Origin: the human T2T-CHM13v2.0 reference genome, Homo sapiens
Reading direction: 5' to 3' (one strand)
Assembly (NCBI RefSeq): GCF_009914755.1
Contig: NC_060931.1
Length of the DNA stretch: 64,000 bases
Shown: positions 1 to 17,073 of the stretch, piece after piece
Position numbering within the stretch: position 1 is the first letter of the stretch
How the letters are laid out: each line of letters begins with the position of its first letter
Notes under the pieces: model-generated
Told to the model about the DNA's origin: nothing
Databases searched by the model: none
Seen by the model: the letters and a program-made list of their open reading frames with translations, nothing else
Position numbers and translations under genes: made by a program

Positions 1-809
1 TTATATAATATGTAATTATTAATGTTAATTACTAAGGAAGTTTTTTGATAAAGTAATCTCTCAAAAAGAAAACAAGCCAAAGTAAAGAAATTCATCATGT
101 TCACTTTATTAAGTGGATATTCATTTTCTTATGTGTCCTCTCTGTTCATATTTGACCATTATGCTCTCATTATCTTGACACATCCCATATTTAATCTCCA
201 TTTTTCCATGCTTTCTCCTCTCTTGTGATTGCCCATAGATCCATGATTTATCAGGTCACATGCATAAGAATTTTCAATATTTAAACACCAAAACAATTTG
301 GAAATTTTAGGCTTGATGATAAGTGATTAAAATGTTTAAATACTTTCATTAAGCAAGGGGGTTCAGCTATATTAAAGAGGCCTAAAAACACTTGATCCTA
401 ATATTCTGTTTTTCAATCTAGGTCTTGCCCTGTGACCTAATTGGCTAGAAATTGAAACTGACCAGAAACATGTCATGTGCATTTGGGCAACTGTTTGCAG
501 GAGCAGAAGTTAATCTTAAGCAAGTGTGCTACCCACAACTGCCAAAACTTGTCCTTAAAAGAATGTTTTTCCATTTACTAAGTTATATTCAGTATACGGA
601 TTTGTCCATCACATAAAATCCTCTTTCTTCTTTTAGGTGAATGAATGAAAAAAATAATATTTAGACCAAAACATTGTTAAGTAGCTATGCAAACACATCT
701 CTTAATTCTCCATCAATTAATGTTAAACCAATGCTCTTACCTTGAATATCTGCTTTATATCTTTTTCTTTTTCTCTATAACATCATTCAACCTGTAGTCA
801 GTGGTTTTT

Positions 810-985
810 CTTATTTATTTATTTATTCATTAATTTATTTATACCTATGTTTTAGGTTCCTACTATATGCCAGAGATTTTTTTTTCAGGTGCTGGAACTA
901 CAACAGTGAACATAACAAACAAAAAAATCTCTATAGATTATGTAGAATGTTTATTCTAGTGGGGAAAATAGATGGTAAATAAAGT
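810..985 (-). mobile_element. L2 3' end fragment
   Basis: ttcatt...cctactatatgccag...ggtgctggaactacaacagtgaacataaca resembles the reverse complement of the L2 3' tail. Confidence 0.55.
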
Positions 986-1049
986 GTGACAAGAATGGAA
1001 GAGCAAAGCGTGCAAGGAGAATGGATAGTTGTGGAGCACAAACCGTAAA

Positions 1050-1270
1050 CTTTTTACTGAAGTGTAGCATACACACAGAAAAGTGCACCAATTATAAGTG
1101 TGCAGCTCAATGAATTTTCACAATGTGAGCACACTTAGGTAACCATCATCAGGATTAAGAAGCAGAACATCAGGAGAGTTTCAGTAGCCCTTCATGTCCC
1201 ATTCCAGGCATTTCCTCCTCACAACACACCTCCCCACCCCTAGCTGCTGCTGAGGGTAACACTATCCTGT
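1050..1270 (-). mobile_element. Old L1 (L1MB/ME-type) 3' UTR fragment
   Basis: catacacacagaaaagtgcaccaattataagtgtgcagctcaatgaattttcac is typical of antisense L1M 3' ends. Confidence 0.6.
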
Positions 1271-1499
1271 TTTCACTCCAGAGCCCTGCCACACTGGCAA
1301 GAACTGTATGGTATGACTTCTGGTAGGATGAGAGCATTCTATTTGAGACCCAAGAGGAGACCAGATTTCCTCATTTCATGACTGCTATGGTGCTTTTCTC
1401 ATTATATAACAACACGAAAATCCCCATCATCCAGCCTCTTAAGCTCTTGAGACTTAACCATTTCATAGCCACTATAAAGACACAGTTTTAACTAACTGC

Positions 1500-1665
1500 C
1501 AAAGTATATCATGTAATCACAAAAGGATCCAATGAAGTAGGGACTATTTATAATTATTCCACATCTAGAGTTGATGAAAGTGAGGATAAGTTATTTAGCA
1601 AAAGTCCACGATTAATAAATGGCTGAGTCAGGATTATAACCCACATAAGTCTGATTCTAAAGCAT
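1500..1665 (-). mobile_element. MIR
   Basis: Degenerate MIR core: gatgaaagtgagg...aaatggctgagtcaggattataacccac...tctgattctaaagc. Confidence 0.55.
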
Positions 1666-1673
1666 AAATTCTT

Positions 1674-1807
1674 TTCTTTTTCTTTTTAATTATATTTTAA
1701 GTTCCGGGATACATGTGCAAGACATGCAGGTTTGTTACACAGGTAAACGTGTGCCATGGTAGTTTGCTGCACCTATCAATCCATCACTTAGGTATTAAGC
1801 CCCACAT
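1674..1807 (-). mobile_element. Severely 5'-truncated L1PA (about L1PA8-11) 3' end with 16-bp TSD
   Basis: T-rich tail then ttttaagttccgggatacatgtgcaagacatgcaggtttgttac...ggtattaagccc; perfect TSD taaagcataaattctt at 1658-1673 and 1808-1823. Confidence 0.9.
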
Positions 1808-3800
1808 TAAAGCATAAATTCTTAATGACAAGTCTATTCTCCCATTCTGCACCAGATTTCAATAACTGTAATATTATTGAAACACTCTCTTCTATTCTGC
1901 CTCAAATGTTTCACATTCAGCAATTCATTGTGAAAATTGCATTCATCATTTGGTACTTTTGGAAGTTAAATGTAGAAGAAAAGATAAAGAGGAAGCCTGT
2001 TAGAAATGATGTATCCAGTAAAAACAAGTATTCTATAAATCTTCATGCAGACCCTTCCACCTTAGATGCTGTATTATATCCTTGGCATTTAACTATTTAA
2101 AATCATGAAAATTTCCTCTTGGCTATGATTGGATTCACAAATAACCATTTCCTGAAAAATTAATGTATTACACCTTCTGAAATATTTTTAACTTTTTAAA
2201 TCAATAACATTTACCTGGAATTGGGTCATTAAGTTGGTACAGGATATTTTATTTATATTTAAAGGCTTAAAATCAAAATCCTTTTAAAATGTGACCATCC
2301 CTTAATCAATGAAGGTAAAATTTCCAAAGAATAGATTTTAACTATCATTAGGCTTATAGCAGAAACAATGTTCTCTAATAAATAAATTCACACCAAAAAA
2401 GATTAAGATTTCACCTTTTTAGCTTTGTACCTGATATTGTGCTTCTAGGAGGCAAAACACATAGTTACTTTAATAAAAAAAATTTGTCCCATAGTTCAAG
2501 TATAGAGTAACAGGTTGATGATGAAATAGAATTTTTTTCTGCAGGATCAAACTCTCACATTATTCCTGATATATTAATACATAGGACTCTGTGCCTTTGA
2601 TTTAAACAGTCTTTAAGGAAGAAGAAAAGCTTATTAAAATTAATTTTTCCCTTAGGAATTATTCTAGATTTTCACACACACTACACAAGTGAAATGGCTT
2701 TTTAAAACTCATGCTTTTTGTCATCCTAATTGTTTTACACATCTTGGCAACTTTTCACACCCTGCATAAAACAGGGGTTCATTAGGAGTCATTAAAAGAA
2801 AATATTTTTCTTGGAAATACATTAAAGCATTTCCACATTATTTTATGCCATTTTCAGAAAAGAGATGTAAATTGTGACTAAGCACGAAGCAAAAAGGGTC
2901 ACTTAACAATAATGCAGGAAACAGCCTCTCAGCGACAACATTTCAGAAATGAGAAGTTGATGGGATTTGGAAATTGAATCATCATTCCCTTACAATAAAT
3001 GTTTAACATTGTATTTTTTTTAGCTATTAAGTGATTAGGCAATGTTTTTATTTATTTTAGAACAAGAAAATACATATAAGGAAAACAAAAAATAAAATCA
3101 AAATCAAAGATGAAGATTGTATTAATAGTTTATTCTTACCAAATGATTTCTTGAAAGAAGATAGATATGGATAGGGCAGGGATGGGAGTGGAAGGAAGTT
3201 AAGGTAATTTAGCGCAAGTATGCAGTTCAGTGGTGACTTGTTGAAAAAAGAAAAAACATAGTTATGTATTTTGGTATTACCCATGTGTAAATCATACAAA
3301 CGGATATATCTGATTTTACAGCTACTTTATGGAGGATCCAAAGTAGTACTATTAGATCTCTAAGAACAACAACAACAAAATAATTAAATCATTGTCATTC
3401 AAATGAAGCACCAATAGGAACAGCACATAAAATGCATTCCCTAAGTTTATTTCTCAGAGCAACCTGCTTTACTGAGTCATATACAATTATATGTGTGCGG
3501 ACTTAAATCAATCATTAGAACCCTGTACTAGTGACATGTACACTCTGACCATGCCTATATGATTTCCATAATAAGCTAGGCAATAAATCAGATCATCAAA
3601 TGAATTGTCTGAGCCAAACACATAAGGCAGCCAATGCTGACTTTTGATCATATGACAAGGGAAGGGTCATCTTAACCACTGTAACAGGGATTACTTTAAT
3701 ACCTACCACTATATTTGAGTCAAGTCATAGAAGTCATTTTGCTCCTTCATGTAAAGACTGCCTTAACCTCTCCTTTTGGTGGGAGAGGGATGGTGGGGAG

Positions 3801-3840
3801 ATATATATATACACATATATATATGTGTATATATATATAC
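3801..3840. repeat. Imperfect (TA)n microsatellite
   Basis: atatatatatacacatatatatatgtgtatatatatatac. Confidence 0.9.
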
Positions 3841-3850
3841 CCATTTCAAC

Positions 3851-4335
3851 ATTTCTTTTTAAATAATGAGATTTACAGAAATGTTACAAAGATAGTATTG
3901 CTAAACCTTCATCCAGCTTCCCCTATTGTTGCCACCTCACATAACCATGCACATTTATCAAAACAATTAAATGAATATTACCTAAATTATAGACTATACA
4001 CTATTATAAAACCATTAACTAAACTACAGACTTTATTCAGATATTGTATATTTTTCCACTGATGTCCTTTTTATGTTCCCAGATCTACTCCAGGTTATCT
4101 CATTCTATTCAGTCATGATATTTCCTTAGTCTCCTGTAATCTGTGATAATTTATCCGTCCTTCCATATCTTTCATGACCTTGATACTTTCAGAGAGTTTA
4201 GGGTCCAGTATTTTGTAGAATTTTACTCAGTTTGGGCTGGTCTGCTGTTTTCTCATGATTAGCTTGGGGTTATAAGATTTGGGGAAAGAATATCACAGAG
4301 ATGATGTGCCCCTCTGATTGCATTATATGAGGTCA
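3851..4335 (-). mobile_element. L1MC-type 3' UTR fragment
   Basis: ccagcttcccctattgtt...cataaccat...; tttgggctggtctgctgttttctcatgattagcttggggttat resemble antisense L1MC4/5. Confidence 0.6.
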
Positions 4336-4506
4336 ACTCCTTCTGTTAAAATTCATTATAATTTGTTACCCATTAGAAATCATTTTCGTGGTACAGACTT
4401 CTGGGTATGCAAGCCACAGTCATATTAGCCTTTCTTAGTCTAATAAAAGTAATTGAAAACGTCAAAAAAAAGTCAAGGCAATTTTGCGGACTAAGTAGAA
4501 TATTAA

Positions 4507-4885
<379 letters not shown>

Positions 4886-5204
4886 ATTGTATGCTATTTT
4901 AATTGAACACCCCCAACATGCAGAATTGACATCTGCGTTTTTAGTCAACTCAATTAAGAATAAATAACATCAATGACAACTGTATTTTGTTTACTATTTA
5001 TGTTACCCATGTTCAATGAATATTCACACTAAGGCAGCTTCTGCATCAGGAGAAAGGTAATGATTAATTCAATGTTTGCTGAACTTGGCCTGATAGATGG
5101 TGAAGGGATTGTATCCGAAGACACATTTATACTCAGTTAGCTGAAAATACACTTTGTTAAACTTTTTGTTTACAAATCAGCCATGGGTTTCACAAAATTT
5201 GGTT

Positions 5205-5320
5205 ACACAGGTAGACTTTGGAGCCTGACAGCTTGGTTGAAATTCTTGTCCCTCCCCTTTGAGCTGCTGAGTCACTATTCCTTGCCCCACAATTTCCTCT
5301 GTTTCTAGGATTATTAAGAA
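5205..5320 (+). mobile_element. MIR 5' part, interrupted by L1PA4
   Basis: gactttggagcctgacagcttggttgaaattct...taggattattaagaat; continues at 9553. Confidence 0.6.
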
Positions 5321-9552
<4,232 letters not shown>

Positions 9553-9645
9553 ATTAAGTTGAGTTAATGTGCATAAAACCCTAGAACAACAATGGCTGGC
9601 ACACAGCAATTACTCCATAAATGTTAGCTACTATCATCATTATTC
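9553..9645 (+). mobile_element. MIR 3' part
   Basis: ttaagttgagttaatgtgcataaaaccctagaac...ctggcacacagcaattactccataaatgttagctactatcatcattatt. Confidence 0.7.
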
Positions 9646-10749
9646 AAAACTACATATGCTTATTAGTAAATATTCTATATATCATATTTTAGTGAGAATA
9701 AATACAGCACAGAACTTTTTAAGGGGAAAGGAGCATTATATAAACAAAAAGTATTCTTCTATAGTTTGCCCAGCCTTTTTTATATTATTCATCATATGTG
9801 TTTCTCTCTATTTCAACATTAAATGCTTAGTTTCCCATTTAAGATTAAACTCATGTTTACTTTTCAAACTATATCCTTCTTTCAGTTCTAATTTATTTTA
9901 CTAACATTCATATCATGTTTATTTTTCAGATATCAGGCCTCTTGGCACCTAAATTTTCCCCCATTAATGCTGACTTTTAGATTCAAAAGTTGACTTAGGA
10001 ATTCTGGAGAATTTCATATTTATTTCTGGCATACCATGGCAGTGAAAACCATTTATTTATGACCCTTAAATAGTGTATTTAGTAGCTTATCTGCTAATAA
10101 AAATGGGAAATCAAAACATTGTAAATAAAATCTTTAAGGTTTTGCAGAATAGAATATGAAACACTATTTACATAAATAAACTAATTGTGTAATTTTTATA
10201 ATGGTTTGATTTGCCTAGTTTGTCTGTGCATGTAGGATGGCCTTCTACATAAGATCAACCCTTGCTTCTCTGAATCAAAGGATCCTAGAGGCTACACAAA
10301 ATAACACTACAATAAATTTAAACTCCCATGAAAATCAAGGTTTTCAATCTTCTCTGTAAACAAATAATATCTGTTAAATGATGCAAACACTCCTGATTAA
10401 ATGAAGGAGTTTCTTGTCACTCATCTGCCTTGCAAGTGCCATGACAATGATCAAGGAAACAAAGAGAAATTTGTCCTTGAAGCTCTTATATAAAAGTGAT
10501 GAAAAACTTTCTCAGAAATCTCTGCCAAGTCCCTCATCAAGTCTCATTGACTTCCATTGGGCAGCATGTCCATTCCTTGCTCACCTGCCACAGGGACCCA
10601 TTGTTTGAAGCTGGCCTTGGTCCAGCTTGTCCTGATGTAGATTAGCTGAAGGCAGAAGGTTGAAAATTGAAATCTCAGTTCCGTTAGGAAGAAGGGAGGT
10701 GAGGGATGATGAGTAGGCAATCAAAAATATATATGATGGTAACATTCAT

Positions 10750-11360
10750 TATAAATTAATTAAACAAATATTTCTGTGCCTGTTTATTACATGTGAGACA
10801 CTAGTAAAATAGTTGAGGCTCTAGTGGAAGCAAGAGAGATGGTCTCTGCCTTCATGAAGTTACATTCTGCTTGGTGAATACAGACCTCAAGTTAATGATA
10901 TAATTTCAATAGTTAATATTTGCTATGAAGAAACTAAAATAGGGTAATAGAGTAGACTATGTGTGAGATGCTCATTTTAGGGAGAGTGGAAAGGGAAGGC
11001 CTCTCTAAGGTGGTGACTTTCAAGCTGAAAGTGGAATGGTGAGAGGAGGTAGCCAGGTGATGACCTGAAAGAATGTTTCAGTCAGAGAGAATAACAAGTG
11101 TAAAGTCCCTGAGAAAAGTGTGGCCTTTTCCAGTGTGAGGAGGAAGGCTGGCAGAGCTGGAGCATCTTGAAGGAGGTAGGCATGAGGTCTGAGAAGTCAC
11201 TGGAACAGCTCTTGTGAGGCTTTCCCAATCATCAGAAGGAGTTCACATTTTATTCTGTTTCACTGTGGAAGCCACTGGGCACCCTATGGACTTGTCCAAT
11301 GGACTATTTTAAAATTCACTCTGATATGTAGATGTGGCATTGGATTTGTGGGGAGAAAAT
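10750..11360 (-). mobile_element. L2
   Basis: aacaaatattt...tgccttcatgaagttacattct...agggaaggcctctctaaggtggtgactttcaagctga; antisense L2a/b pattern. Confidence 0.7.
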
Positions 11361-11708
11361 AGAGAAGCATCAAAAGGAGGTAAAGCTTTCTGGTGTCTAT
11401 CTCACAGTTTCACTGGTATTCATTTGTATTTCCCAAATCAACTGATCTCTTTAATTGTGGGGTCAGAGGCCACTCATTTGAATACCCAAATGATTCAAAG
11501 TTTTTTTTTTGTTTTTTGTTTGTTTGTTTGTGTTTTGCATTGAATCATTGGTCAGTTTTTCACATGCAGCTATTCTACAAAATGGGTCATTTTCTAATTA
11601 TAGAAAACCCACACCATTAACTTGAAAACACAATTTTACAACTGTCCTATATGAAATTTGGGCTTTATTGCAGAAGCACTGAGGTAGTCAACATGGAGCT
11701 TATATAGC

Positions 11709-11947
11709 AACACATATCAATAATAATCAACCCAGGCACAAATATATACATTAGTTTGGAAAACTTTGTTATAATAACGCTTGCATTAGGATGAGACAGG
11801 AAAACTTAGAAATAAACTTGGATATTGACATAGTTATTTGGCAGTTCAAAATTTTTAATTAGTTTAAATATTTAAATAAACTACTTCTTTCCTATTTATA
11901 TTCCCCACACAGGCTACTGTGCAAAATAAATTTACTCACCCATACAA
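11709..11947 (+). repeat. 239-bp direct repeat, copy A (pairs with 12636-12874)
   Basis: Ungapped hand alignment, 14 mismatches in 239 bp, offset 927 bp. Confidence 0.95.
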
Positions 11948-12061
11948 CATTCAGATTGGCTGAGAAGCATTCCAAATGAGCAGCTTTGTCATGGCGGGTA
12001 CCACAAGTCAGAAGTAACTGCTATTCATTCTACAATCTAAACTGTCAACTCTGTCTTCCTT
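11940..12061 (-). other. Candidate 122-nt non-coding exon
   Basis: Minus strand tttatttttatgcag|AAGGAAG ... GTATGG|gtgagt; stops in all three frames; no transcript evidence. Confidence 0.3.
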
Positions 12062-12635
12062 CTGCATAAAAATAAACGTTTTCTCCACAATAAAGACTTT
12101 TTTATAAAAGCAATAAAACAACTCAAGGGAGCATTGTTATCATCAGCTAATCACCCCCTTGGGGAATTAGAGACACTTAGCTGCACCCAGTGCCTCACAG
12201 CACCTGAGGGCTGTGATTATTTTATGATAACCTCCCAGTCTGTCAGGACTTCTTGGTTAATTAGATAACATTCAGCTGGGTAATACGGTATTTGAAGATT
12301 CTTTTGGAAGTTGCATAAGCAAACACAGTTTATAAAACACACAAACACCACCAACACACATGATAGTAGCACAAATTTGATAATTAGCATTGCCTCCAAA
12401 TGAAGAACCCAGGTTTTAAATAACTGGAAAAAAAATAAGAGTCCAAGAACTAAACCCTGAGGCACTACTTTAACGATGAGTAACTCTGATGAGTTCGACC
12501 AGGAAATCTTTGAGAAAAACTGACAAAAATTACATAATGTGATCTATTTCCAATCAATAAATTGTTGTGACACTTCAATCCTTCTTAAAACATTCAATTG
12601 CTCACTGTTTAAAAAAGAATTGGGGCAGAATAATA

Positions 12636-12874
12636 AACACATATCATTAATAACAAATCCAAGCACAAACATATACATTAGTTTGGAAAAGTTTATCATC
12701 ATAAAGCTTGCATTAGGATGAGACAGGAAAACTTAGAAATAAACTTGGATATTGACATAGTTATTTGGCAGTTCAAAATTTTTAATTAGTTTAAATATTT
12801 AAATAAACTACTTATTTCCTATTTATATTGCCAACACAGGCTACTGTGCAAAATAAATTTACTCACCCATACAA
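12636..12874 (+). repeat. 239-bp direct repeat, copy B
   Basis: See copy A. Confidence 0.95.
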
Positions 12875-13289
12875 TGAGTATAATTCCTATGAATCTCATA
12901 AATTATGGCATTATATTAATAAATGAGTAAATATTTTTATAAAAGATGCCATATAACTGAAAATATTTTATAGCACTATCACATTTTACAACTACCAGAA
13001 AATTAAGGAAAATGATTTGAATGTTTTGCTTTTCTTTGTTTTCTTATGGTAATTAAATAGGGACAAATGAGATGGACCTGAATAATAATAATTCCAAGTA
13101 GAGTTTAAATTTTGAAAATTAAGCTTATGATGTACTATGCCAAGTAATATGCTAAGAAGAGATGATGGGACTTTAAGGGGAATAGTAGGAATTTAGGATA
13201 AGTGGCTAAAGACAGAAAAAAGAGAGATAAATTGAAATACATTTCTGAGAGAGATTATAAAATTTTTCCTCAAGGCATTGTCAAAATGC

Positions 13290-13420
13290 CAACAAACAAA
13301 ACAGGATTTGTTGAGTCACCACTATGTGGCTAATGCCCTTACTACCTGATCCTATATAGAAGTCCACATTCAAACAAGATAGAACCCCTGCAACTTAGGA
13401 GTTTATGTTTTCACTGGGCA
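13290..13420 (-). mobile_element. L2 fragment
   Basis: atttgttgagtcaccactatgtgg...aacaagatagaacccctgcaacttaggagtttat. Confidence 0.5.
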
Positions 13421-13484
13421 CCAAATATTTCACATCTGAAATTTATAAATGTTTATATAAGTCAACACAAATAATAAATTAGTC

Positions 13485-13635
13485 CGGGATCTCATTGCTT
13501 GTCCAACAGAATCACCAGGGAACATTAAAATACACACACACACACAAATTCTTAGACCCTGAGAAATTCTAACTCAGCAGATCTGTGGAGAGAGTGTGTG
13601 ACTCATATTTAACAGTTATATTTGGAAAACACTTC
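13485..13635. mobile_element. MER5-type hAT-Charlie MITE remnant
   Basis: agaatcaccagggaacattaaaatac...gaaattctaactcagcagatctg...tttggaaaacact. Confidence 0.5.
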
Positions 13636-13640
13636 TATGT

Positions 13641-14200
13641 TGTTGAGGAAATATAATTAAAAACAAAATCTTCCCAACCCAAAAACCTCTCCACAAAGGT
13701 AGATGGGAAAGAAAACAGTTTTATTATTGGATAAAGCATTAAACCAGAATACGATGACCATCACAGGAAATCTACTAAGAGATCATAAACACAGAAAGAA
13801 ATCTCACCCTTATATAAAGGCAAACAGATATGACCCATTTCACACGTGTTTTCAGGGCAAACGATAACTAGTCCTTAAGTAAGAAGATTTGACAGTATCA
13901 TTTGTCTTACATAGTTCATTCTAAATTCACCTAGTAATTGGGTTTACACAAAGGAGAAACAAAGTCATGACTTTATGACAGGTGGTAGTTTTGAACTTGG
14001 AGCAAGGTAGCCACAAATTAGGCTTCTATCTTCCCAAAGAAACTGGAGATAGGGGTGCCATATCCCTTGACGTTTACATTTCAAAAGGATGGCTCCCAGA
14101 CCTTTGAGAAAGACATTCTTGGGTTGTAAAACTGGCAAGAAACTTTTAAAAATATTTACATATATCTCGAAGGGCAGAGAAAGAATTTATAATTATAAGT
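13641..14200 (-). mobile_element. ERV1-type LTR (MER89-like)
   Basis: Ends tttcctcaaca on the minus strand with an aataaa signal upstream; ttgagaaagacattcttgggttgtaaaactggcaaga block; subfamily from memory. Confidence 0.65.
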
Positions 14201-14239
14201 TTATACTCTAAGAAATAAGCATTATATAATAGTATAGAT

Positions 14240-16910
14240 ATATCCTATTACATTTCCAGTATTCAATATAATATTATTAACTATAGTCTTCGTGCTATAC
14301 ATCAGATCTCGAGGCTTCACCCTACAAAACTTTCTACACTTTGTTCTACTTCTCATTCTCCACCCACCCCACCCCACCTCTGCCCTCAGTAACCACTGTT
14401 CTACTCTGTTTCTATATATTTGATTTTTTAAAGATTTTACACATAATTGAGATCATGCAGTATCTGTCGTTCTTTGACTTATTTCACTTAACATAATTCC
14501 TTAGAGATTCATCCATATTATGAATAGCAAGATATATATATATGTATATATACACACACACACACACCTCTCTCTCTATATATATACACACCATATATAA
14601 ATGGTATATGTAACCATTTATATATGTAACCACCAATATATGTAACCACCATTTGGGCTATTATGAATAATGTTGTAATGAACTTAGGAGTACAGATATC
14701 TCTACAAGGTGCTGATTTCATTTCCTTTGGGTTCATACCCAAAAGAAGATTTCAGGGACATATGACAATTCTATTTTTAATTTTTTTGAGCAAACTTCAT
14801 ATTGTTTTTCATAACAGCTGCATGAATTTATATTCCCACCAACAATATATAAAAGGGTTCTTTTTTCACCATACCCTTGTCAACACTTATCTGTTATCTT
14901 TTTGATAATAGCCATCATAACAGTTGAAATAATATCTCATTGTGGTTTTAATTTGCATTTCCCTTATAATTAGTTATGTTGAGAACCTCTTCATATATAT
15001 GTGGGTCATTTTTATGTCTCTTTGAAGAAATGTTTAGTTAGGTCCTTTCCCCATTTTTAAATAGGGTAATTTTCTGGGTTTTTTTTGCTTTTTTTTTTTT
15101 TTTTGCTATTAAGTTGTGTGAAGTTCTTATATAGTTTGGATATTAACCACTTATCAAATTTATAATTCACAAATATTTTCTCCAAAACCATTGGTTGACT
15201 TTTAATTTTATTTATTGTTTCCATTGCTGTGCAGCAGTTTTTTAGTTTGATGTAGTACCACTTGTTTATTTTTAGTTGTGTTTGCCTGAGCTTTTGGTGA
15301 GATATCCAAAATGTATTCCCTGAGTTTTCTCCCTTTTGTTTTCTTCTAGAAGTTTTACAGTTCCAGGTCTTACAATTAGATCTTTGATCCATTTTGATTT
15401 GATTTTTGCATCTGATGTAAGATAAGGAGCAAATTTCATTCTTTTGTTTATGGAGATCCAGTTTTCTAAACACCAATTATTGAAGAAACTTTCCCCAATG
15501 TATTTTATTGGTGCCCTTGTTGAAAATATTTCTGGGCTCTCTATTGTGTTTCACTGGTCTATGTGACTGTTTTTATACCAGGATTATAAAGTTTTGTTGA
15601 TGATAGCTTTGTAATATAATTTGAAGTCAGAAAGTGTGATGCCTCCAACTTTGCTTTTCTTTCTCAAGATTGCTTTGGCTACTTGGCATCTTTTGTAGTT
15701 TCACACAATTTTTAGGATTTTTTTCTATTTCTTTGAAAAATACCATTGGAATTTTGATAGGAATTTCATTGAATCTATAGATCACTTTGGGTAGTATGGG
15801 CATTTAAACAATACTAGTTTTTCCAATCCATGAACCCATGATATCTTTTCAATTATTTGTGTCTTCTTCAATTTCTTTCATCAATGTTCTGTAGTTTCCA
15901 GTGTAAAGATTTTTCACTTCCTTGGTTAAATTTATTCCTAAGCATTTTATTCTTTTTGATGCTATTATAAATAGGGTTGTGTTCTTGATTTCTTTTTCTG
16001 ATAGGTCATTATTGGTGTACAGAAATGCAACTGATTTTTGTGTGTTGATTTGTATCCTGCAACTTTAGCAAATTTATTTATTAGTTCCAACAGTTTTTTA
16101 TGGAGTACTTAGATTTTTCCACATGTGGGATCATGTCATCAGCAAATAGGGATAATTTAACTTCTTTCTTTCCAATCTGAATTCCCTTTTTTTCTTACCT
16201 CATTGCTCTTGCTGGTACTATGTTGAAAAGAATTAATGACAGTGAGCATTTTTGCCTTATATTGAACCTTAAAAGAAAAGTTTTTAGTGTTTCCCATTGA
16301 TTATCATACATGCTCTTTCTTGTTTTAGTATATTTTATTCTACATCTAATTTGTTGAGTTTTTGTTATGGAAGAATGTTGAACTTTGTCAAATATTTTTC
16401 TGCCTCTATTGAGATGATCATGTGGTTTTAATCTTTCATTTTGTTAATGTGATGTATCACATTGACCAATTGCTTATGTTAAACCAAGCTTGCATCCCAA
16501 GGACAAATCCCACTCAGTCATAATGTACAATCTTTTTATTATAATATTGTTGAATTTTATTTTCTAGCATTTTATTGAGGATTTTTGCTTCTATGTTCTT
16601 CAGAGATATTGACATAAAATTTTCTTGTGGTGTTTTTGTCTACCTTTGGTGTCAGGGTAAAGCTGGACTCATAAAAAGAGTTTGGAAATATTTCCTTTTT
16701 TTATTTATTGAAGAGTTTAAGAAGGATTGATAGTCATTCTTTTTTTAATGTTTGGTAGAATTTAGCCATGAAGCCATCTGGTCCTGAGCTTTTCTTTGTT
16801 GAGAGGTTTTAAATTACTACTTCGATCTCTTTATTTTTTATTGGTCTATTCAGCCTTTCTATTTCTTCTTGATTCAATTGTGGTATGTTCTATATTTCTA
16901 GGAATTTATC
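14240..16910 (-). mobile_element. L1MA (about L1MA9): 3' UTR and 3' part of ORF2
   Basis: ttaactatagtc...tacatcagatctc 3' end; minus-strand ORFs 15057-15476 ([13 protein letters not shown]) and 14518-14742 ([15 protein letters not shown]) are degenerate ORF2. Confidence 0.9.
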
Positions 16911-17073
16911 AAATCCCTAGCTGGATTAGTTTTTTTTTGTAAAAGAGGAAAGACTCAAAATCAGAAATGAAAATGGAGAAGTTACAACAGATGCCTCAGA
17001 AATAAAGAAAATCATAAGGGGACTATTATGAACAACTATATGCCAACAAATTGGATAACGCAGAGGAAATGGA
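16911..17073 (+). mobile_element. Inverted 5' segment of the same L1MA (twin priming)
   Basis: Sense ORF2 aaaatcagaaatgaaaatggaga...aacaaattggataacgcagaggaaatgga ends where the minus-strand part begins (gataaattcctag). Confidence 0.85.

Noticed and set aside
741-790. 50-nt minus-strand exon (LNDVIEKRKRYKADIQ, donor CAAG|gtaaga)
   Set aside because: The acceptor lacks a polypyrimidine tract and abuts an L2 tail, and the peptide is unrecognised; probably chance.
11709-12874. 239-bp repeats as LTRs of an unknown mini-retroelement
   Set aside because: No TG...CA termini, TSD, PBS or PPT.
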